A stretch of DNA of 64,000 bases from Alkalispirochaeta sp. (GTDB taxonomy: Bacteria > Spirochaetota > Spirochaetia > DSM-27196 > Alkalispirochaetaceae): the NCBI GenBank assembly GCA_965242725.1, contig CBDESZ010000025.1:128001-192000 (forward strand), read 5' to 3'. The notes beneath the pieces are model-generated. The model worked only from the letters and a program-made list of their open reading frames with translations, was not told the DNA's origin and searched no databases. The position numbers and the translations under genes are program-made. Shown here piece after piece: positions 60,114 through 64,000 of the stretch (the stretch's first letter is position 1; each line of letters begins with the position of its first letter).

Positions 60114-61280
60114 TCACGTCATTGTTGCAGGGCGGGTACTCAGATCGTGCAGGCGATCACGGAGGGCCGGCACTCCTTCTCCCGTCGCGGCGGACAGGGA
60201 AAACACCTCACGAATACCGGAATGGGTGCCGAGGAACTCCATGGAGCGAACGGTGTCCCCGTCGGCACGGTCGATTTTATTGAGGACGAGAATCCGCGGA
60301 GCCGTGGTTGCGCCGATGTCTGAAAGGATTTTCATCGTCGTTCTGAACTGCTGTTCCCCGTCCGGATCGGACGCGTCCAGGACGAGAAGCAGGACGTCAG
60401 CCTCGATAACTTCTTCCAGGGTCGAGTGAAATGCATCGACAAGGTCCGGCGGCAAATTCCGGATAAACCCGACCGTGTCATTCAGCAGGGCAACGGCGTC
60501 GGGAAACTCCAGACGCCGCGTCGTCGGATCGAGGCTGGCAAAGAGCTGGTCCGCCGCACGGACATCAGAACCGGTGAGAACGTTCAGGAGCGAGGACTTC
60601 CCCGCATTGGTGTAGCCCACCAGGGTAGCCCGAAAAACCTCCCGTCGGCCCGATCTTCTTAGCGCTCGCTGCCGCCCCACCTTCTGCAACGCCTGGGTAG
60701 CCCGTACGACCCGCTGCGACAGACGTCGCCGGTCGATTTCGATCTGTTTTTCCCCCTCACCCCGGGCGAGACGGCTTCCGCCGCCCTGGCGGCTTAAATG
60801 CTGCCACATACCGACAAGATGCGACTGGGTGTATCGTGCCCGGGCGAGTTCCACCTGGAGCTGCGCTTCCCGGGTCTGTGCACGCCGGGAGAATATTTCG
60901 AGTATCACCGCGTGGCGATCGTAGACTTCCCGGTGCGCCGCCCGTGCCCAGTTGCGCAGCTGAATCGGGGAAAGGGTGTTGTCGAAGACGATAACACCCG
61001 CCTCAGTCTCCTCGGCGTGGTGAATAATCCGTTCCACCTGTCCCTTGCCGAGAAACATTCCGGCGTGGGGCTGACGCACGTGCACGATCTCGCCTGCTGC
61101 GGGGGATAGACCCGCGGCGGAGCAGAGGCGTCCCAGCTCCTGGAGGCTCGTATGGGCCGCTCTCCGGGCGGATTCCGCCGACTCTCCTGCGGACGGATCC
61201 GGCGTAAACGGTCCTACCAGGAAGCACCGATTGGCGCGTAGTTCCTCTTCGGAAACTGTATGAAGCTTCGGGTCACTCAC
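60114..61280 (-). CDS. hflX: GTPase HflX
   Basis: GKGQ, LSPIQLRN, QVELA, GYTNAGKSSL, DTVGFI and NKID motifs. Confidence 0.95.
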   Translation of the reverse strand: MSDPKLHTVSEEELRANRCFLVGPFTPDPSAGESAESARRAAHTSLQELGRLCSAAGLSPAAGEIVHVRQPHAGMFLGKGQVERIIHHAEETEAGVIVFDNTLSPIQLRNWARAAHREVYDRHAVILEIFSRRAQTREAQLQVELARARYTQSHLVGMWQHLSRQGGGSRLARGEGEKQIEIDRRRLSQRVVRATQALQKVGRQRALRRSGRREVFRATLVGYTNAGKSSLLNVLTGSDVRAADQLFASLDPTTRRLEFPDAVALLNDTVGFIRNLPPDLVDAFHSTLEEVIEADVLLLVLDASDPDGEQQFRTTMKILSDIGATTAPRILVLNKIDRADGDTVRSMEFLGTHSGIREVFSLSAATGEGVPALRDRLHDLSTRPATMT

Positions 61281-62173
61281 TCTTCGATGATCGCCCGCAG
61301 TTGCGGCTCCGGAGTCCCGGATTCAACGGTAAACGTGAGTTCCACGGGGTCACTCTCATTGCCCAGAAGGTCGACACCTTTTGCACGAATGACGTGGTCT
61401 CCCGGTTCGGTGATGGAAAGGGGAGCCGCGTAGGTTGCGAACTCGCTTCCGTTGAGAGAGAAATAGATTGACCCGACACCGGAGATGCGGTCTGTTGCAC
61501 GGAGGGAAAACTGGTTTCCCCGGACGCTGTACCGATTGCCGTTGGCAGTGGTGAGGGGGCGTTGCGGTACAATCCGGACAACCGGAGGCGTATTGTCGAC
61601 CCATCCCGTCACCATGTAGGTGCGGGATCTGTTTCCCACGTTGTCGACGGCGTAGGCGTAGCCGGTGTGTTCCCCTTCCTCCGGGATAAATACAACGTCC
61701 TGATAGGTCGTGAAATTCGTTCCGTCAAGACTTACGTGAATCGATTGCAGGCCCGACAGATTGTCGTCGCCGGTCAGCACAATTGCCGTATCGCTGCGTA
61801 TGTACACCGTATTATCTTCAACAAAACCCGCTCCCCTGGCCGTTCCAACCAGTCGGGGCGGCGTATCGTCGATAACGACGGTATATACATTCTCCCGTGA
61901 AACGTTTCCGAGGGCGTCGACGGCGCGATAGGTGATGACGTGGCGCCCTTCTTCCTCAATACGGATCGGTCCTTCATAGACCCGTGCTTCCTCTCCATCG
62001 AGGGAGTAGCGAATTTCATGGAGTTCCGAATCCATGTCGTCCGCCGTCAGTACGAAACGTGCCGCCCGCGGCGCGTACGCAACGCCGTCCCGTTGAAAGA
62101 TCCGTTTCTCCTGGGCCCCCGTCACCGCGGCGACGAGAATCAGGGTGAGAACCATGAACATAGATTTTCGCAT
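61277..62173 (-). CDS. Secreted protein with three OmpL47-like/Ig-like repeats
   Basis: Signal peptide; three D..S....YSLDG...Y....I.E.G.H....AVD..GN repeats; AAGGAG SD before 62173. Confidence 0.75.
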   Translation of the reverse strand: MRKSMFMVLTLILVAAVTGAQEKRIFQRDGVAYAPRAARFVLTADDMDSELHEIRYSLDGEEARVYEGPIRIEEEGRHVITYRAVDALGNVSRENVYTVVIDDTPPRLVGTARGAGFVEDNTVYIRSDTAIVLTGDDNLSGLQSIHVSLDGTNFTTYQDVVFIPEEGEHTGYAYAVDNVGNRSRTYMVTGWVDNTPPVVRIVPQRPLTTANGNRYSVRGNQFSLRATDRISGVGSIYFSLNGSEFATYAAPLSITEPGDHVIRAKGVDLLGNESDPVELTFTVESGTPEPQLRAIIEE

Positions 62174-62299
62174 TCCATTCTCCTTGGTCATCATCTATCC
62201 TGTGGCCCGCATTATATCGCCGTCACGGTATGAACAAAAGTGTGTCGCCCGGGTATATCGTTTCTTGTTGCACTCGCGACAAATCGCTATAATTTTTCC

Positions 62300-62509
62300 G
62301 TGTCGGAAGGACAAACAGCCCCGGAACATGCACCAAACTGTCTTCAATGCAGGCATTTCACCGTTACCTGGAACCCAAAGTATCCCCGGGGATGCACAAT
62401 GTTTGAAATCAAGTCCCGTCGCCTCCCGAGTATCGTGGTCTACGAGAACACCGGCCACCACTGTCCTGCCTTTGAGTACGCTCCGGGGCACGCGTCGCGA
62501 CGGAAATAG
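62300..62509 (+). CDS. Small Cys-rich protein (putative zinc-binding)
   Basis: NCLQCRHF.VTW...PRGC..F..KS..LPS.VV...G..CPAF; TATAAT 6 nt before GTG. Confidence 0.7.
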   Translation: MSEGQTAPEHAPNCLQCRHFTVTWNPKYPRGCTMFEIKSRRLPSIVVYENTGHHCPAFEYAPGHASRRK

Positions 62510-62525
62510 CCGTCCCCGGTGAGGT

Positions 62526-63506
62526 CTATCGCTCTGAATCGAGATGACGACGATAAGCCTCCCAGCTCGTCCGAACGAGGCTGTCCAGATCGCTGTGGGT
62601 CGCCTCCCATCCCAGAAGTTCCCGGGCGTATCGGGCCGACGCCGTCAGCTTTGCGGGATCACCAGGTCGTCGCGGTGAAATCTCCGTCCGAATAGGACGA
62701 CCCGTAATTGAACGTGCGGCTTCCACGATCTCCATGACGCTCAACCCCCGCTCACTGCCCAGGTTGACGGTAAACGAACGGTCGTCACCGTCCAGCTTTT
62801 CGAGGGCGAGAACGTGTCCCTTTGCAAGATCAGTGACGTGAATGTAGTCTCTGACGCCCGTTCCGTCGGGGGTATCGTAATCATCGCCAAAAACGTTCAG
62901 GGAAGGACGCCATCCGGCGGCAACTTCCATGATTACCGGAATGAGATTTGCCGGCTTCTGTTCAAGACCCCGTACCCTTCCTGCTTCGTCGTAGCCTGCG
63001 GCGTTGAAATAACGGAGGGACGCATACCGGACATTCCTGAGGGAGTCGTACCATTTGAGGATGCGCTCGATTTCCAGTTTCGTAAATCCGTAGTAATTTT
63101 CCGGATTGGTGGGGTGCTTCTCATCGACCGGGAGGTACTCCGGCTCGCCGTATACGGCGGCGCTTGAAGAGAAGACGATCTTCCCGATGCCCGAATCGAC
63201 GGCGGCGTTAATGAGGGAGATGGTGCCGCTTATATTGTTGGTTGAATATTTCTCCGGTGCCGTCATGGATTCACCGGCGGCCTTGAATGCAGCCAGGTGT
63301 ACCACGGCGTCACAGCCGGTCATGGCGCGGCGAAGACCCAGTTCATCCCGGATGTCCCCGTGAAGGAACTCCCCTTCGGGCTGTAAATTCACTCTCAAGC
63401 CGCTGGACAGATTGTCATAGACCCGTACGGTGTGCCCGCCGTCTAAAAATGCCCTGGCAACGTGGCTGCCGATATATCCGGCTCCGCCTATGATAAGTAT
63501 GCGCAC
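62526..63506 (-). CDS. galE: UDP-glucose 4-epimerase
   Basis: [31 protein letters not shown] and [11 protein letters not shown] motifs. Confidence 0.96.
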   Translation of the reverse strand: MRILIIGGAGYIGSHVARAFLDGGHTVRVYDNLSSGLRVNLQPEGEFLHGDIRDELGLRRAMTGCDAVVHLAAFKAAGESMTAPEKYSTNNISGTISLINAAVDSGIGKIVFSSSAAVYGEPEYLPVDEKHPTNPENYYGFTKLEIERILKWYDSLRNVRYASLRYFNAAGYDEAGRVRGLEQKPANLIPVIMEVAAGWRPSLNVFGDDYDTPDGTGVRDYIHVTDLAKGHVLALEKLDGDDRSFTVNLGSERGLSVMEIVEAARSITGRPIRTEISPRRPGDPAKLTASARYARELLGWEATHSDLDSLVRTSWEAYRRHLDSER

Positions 63507-63602
63507 ACCGAGAGGGTAGTCCCTTCGGGACCCGCGGTCAAGGTTGCCGGACTGTTCCCATTCAGAGGCCCATTGTGTAGCATGCGGGGAAAGGAGCGAC
63601 CG

Positions 63603-64000
63603 ATGTCGGGAGAAACAAGCGGTAACGATTTTATCATAGCCAACCTCGGCACCCCCAAGATTCCATCACCCGTTCCAGTACCTGAATCTCCCGGCGTTTC
63701 CAGCGGCAATTATGTCAATGAAGCGGAGGGCGTGCTTTTCAATGTGGATGTGGGGAATAAGGACGCCGGAGAGCGGGACCGGGAGGACTGTTTTTCCGGC
63801 GGTGTACTTGAAAAGGCGGGACCCCGGAAAGAGATATACTTCCCGCCCGGTCACGTACATGCCGGTATCGTTACCTGCGGCGGGCTCTGTCCCGGCTTGA
63901 ACGACGTCATTCGCGCGATTACCCGGTGCCTCTGGTATCGCTACGGCGTGAAGAGGATCAGCGGCATTCGTTTCGGCTTTTCCGGCCTGTTGCCGGAGAC
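63603..64000 (+). CDS. pfkA: 6-phosphofructokinase (PfkA group, 3'-truncated by the window edge)
   Basis: Manual translation gives ..[51 protein letters not shown]; absent from the ORF track because no stop is in the window. Confidence 0.88.
   Translation, partial: MSGETSGNDFIIANLGTPKIPSPVPVPESPGVSSGNYVNEAEGVLFNVDVGNKDAGERDREDCFSGGVLEKAGPRKEIYFPPGHVHAGIVTCGGLCPGLNDVIRAITRCLWYRYGVKRISGIRFGFSGLLPE

Noticed and set aside
1..64000. tRNA, rRNA, prophage or anti-phage defence genes
   Set aside because: None recognised by eye; intergenic gaps are short. tRNAscan, Infernal and DefenseFinder runs would be needed to exclude them formally.

Overview
A gene-dense, GC-rich chromosomal window, most likely from a free-living spirochaete. 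The taxonomy is inferred from a DUF5312-like gene, the 'FAGGQGE'-type N-terminus of the TRAP binding protein, and OmpL47-like and DUF3996-like envelope proteins. It holds about 64 mostly metabolic, transport and housekeeping genes: a yiaKLMNO-like TRAP sugar-acid locus, an mhqO/mhqD-like pair, acs, an Opp/Dpp-type ABC operon, two MATE pumps, fhs, an orphan crtI, galK, glgP, hom, cheD, an msmX/ugpC-type ATPase, ogt, hflX, galE and a partial pfk. I recognised no rRNA, tRNA, CRISPR array or prophage. Six observations stand out. (1) A ~1.3-kb IS-like element (43461-44761) has 20-bp perfect terminal inverted repeats bounded by TA and an IS1/IS1595-like Zn-ribbon/HTH transposase with an atypical catalytic signature. 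(2) About 15 genes have a sigma70-type -10 hexamer 6-7 nt before the start codon, nearly all without a Shine-Dalgarno, which points to pervasive leaderless mRNAs, including back-to-back divergent pairs. (3) A soluble chemoreceptor-like protein with a CheZ-like DxxxQ motif sits next to CheD, and both end in D-[VI]-T-L-F. (4) An SPL-like radical SAM enzyme lacks the canonical SPL catalytic residues and is coupled to two unknown genes. (5) There is a candidate sigma54 promoter upstream of an M48 protease and a structured leader upstream of the dioxygenase operon. (6) Two genes are broken by +1 homopolymer frameshifts, possibly sequencing errors. All family calls come from motif recognition by eye; no database search was run.
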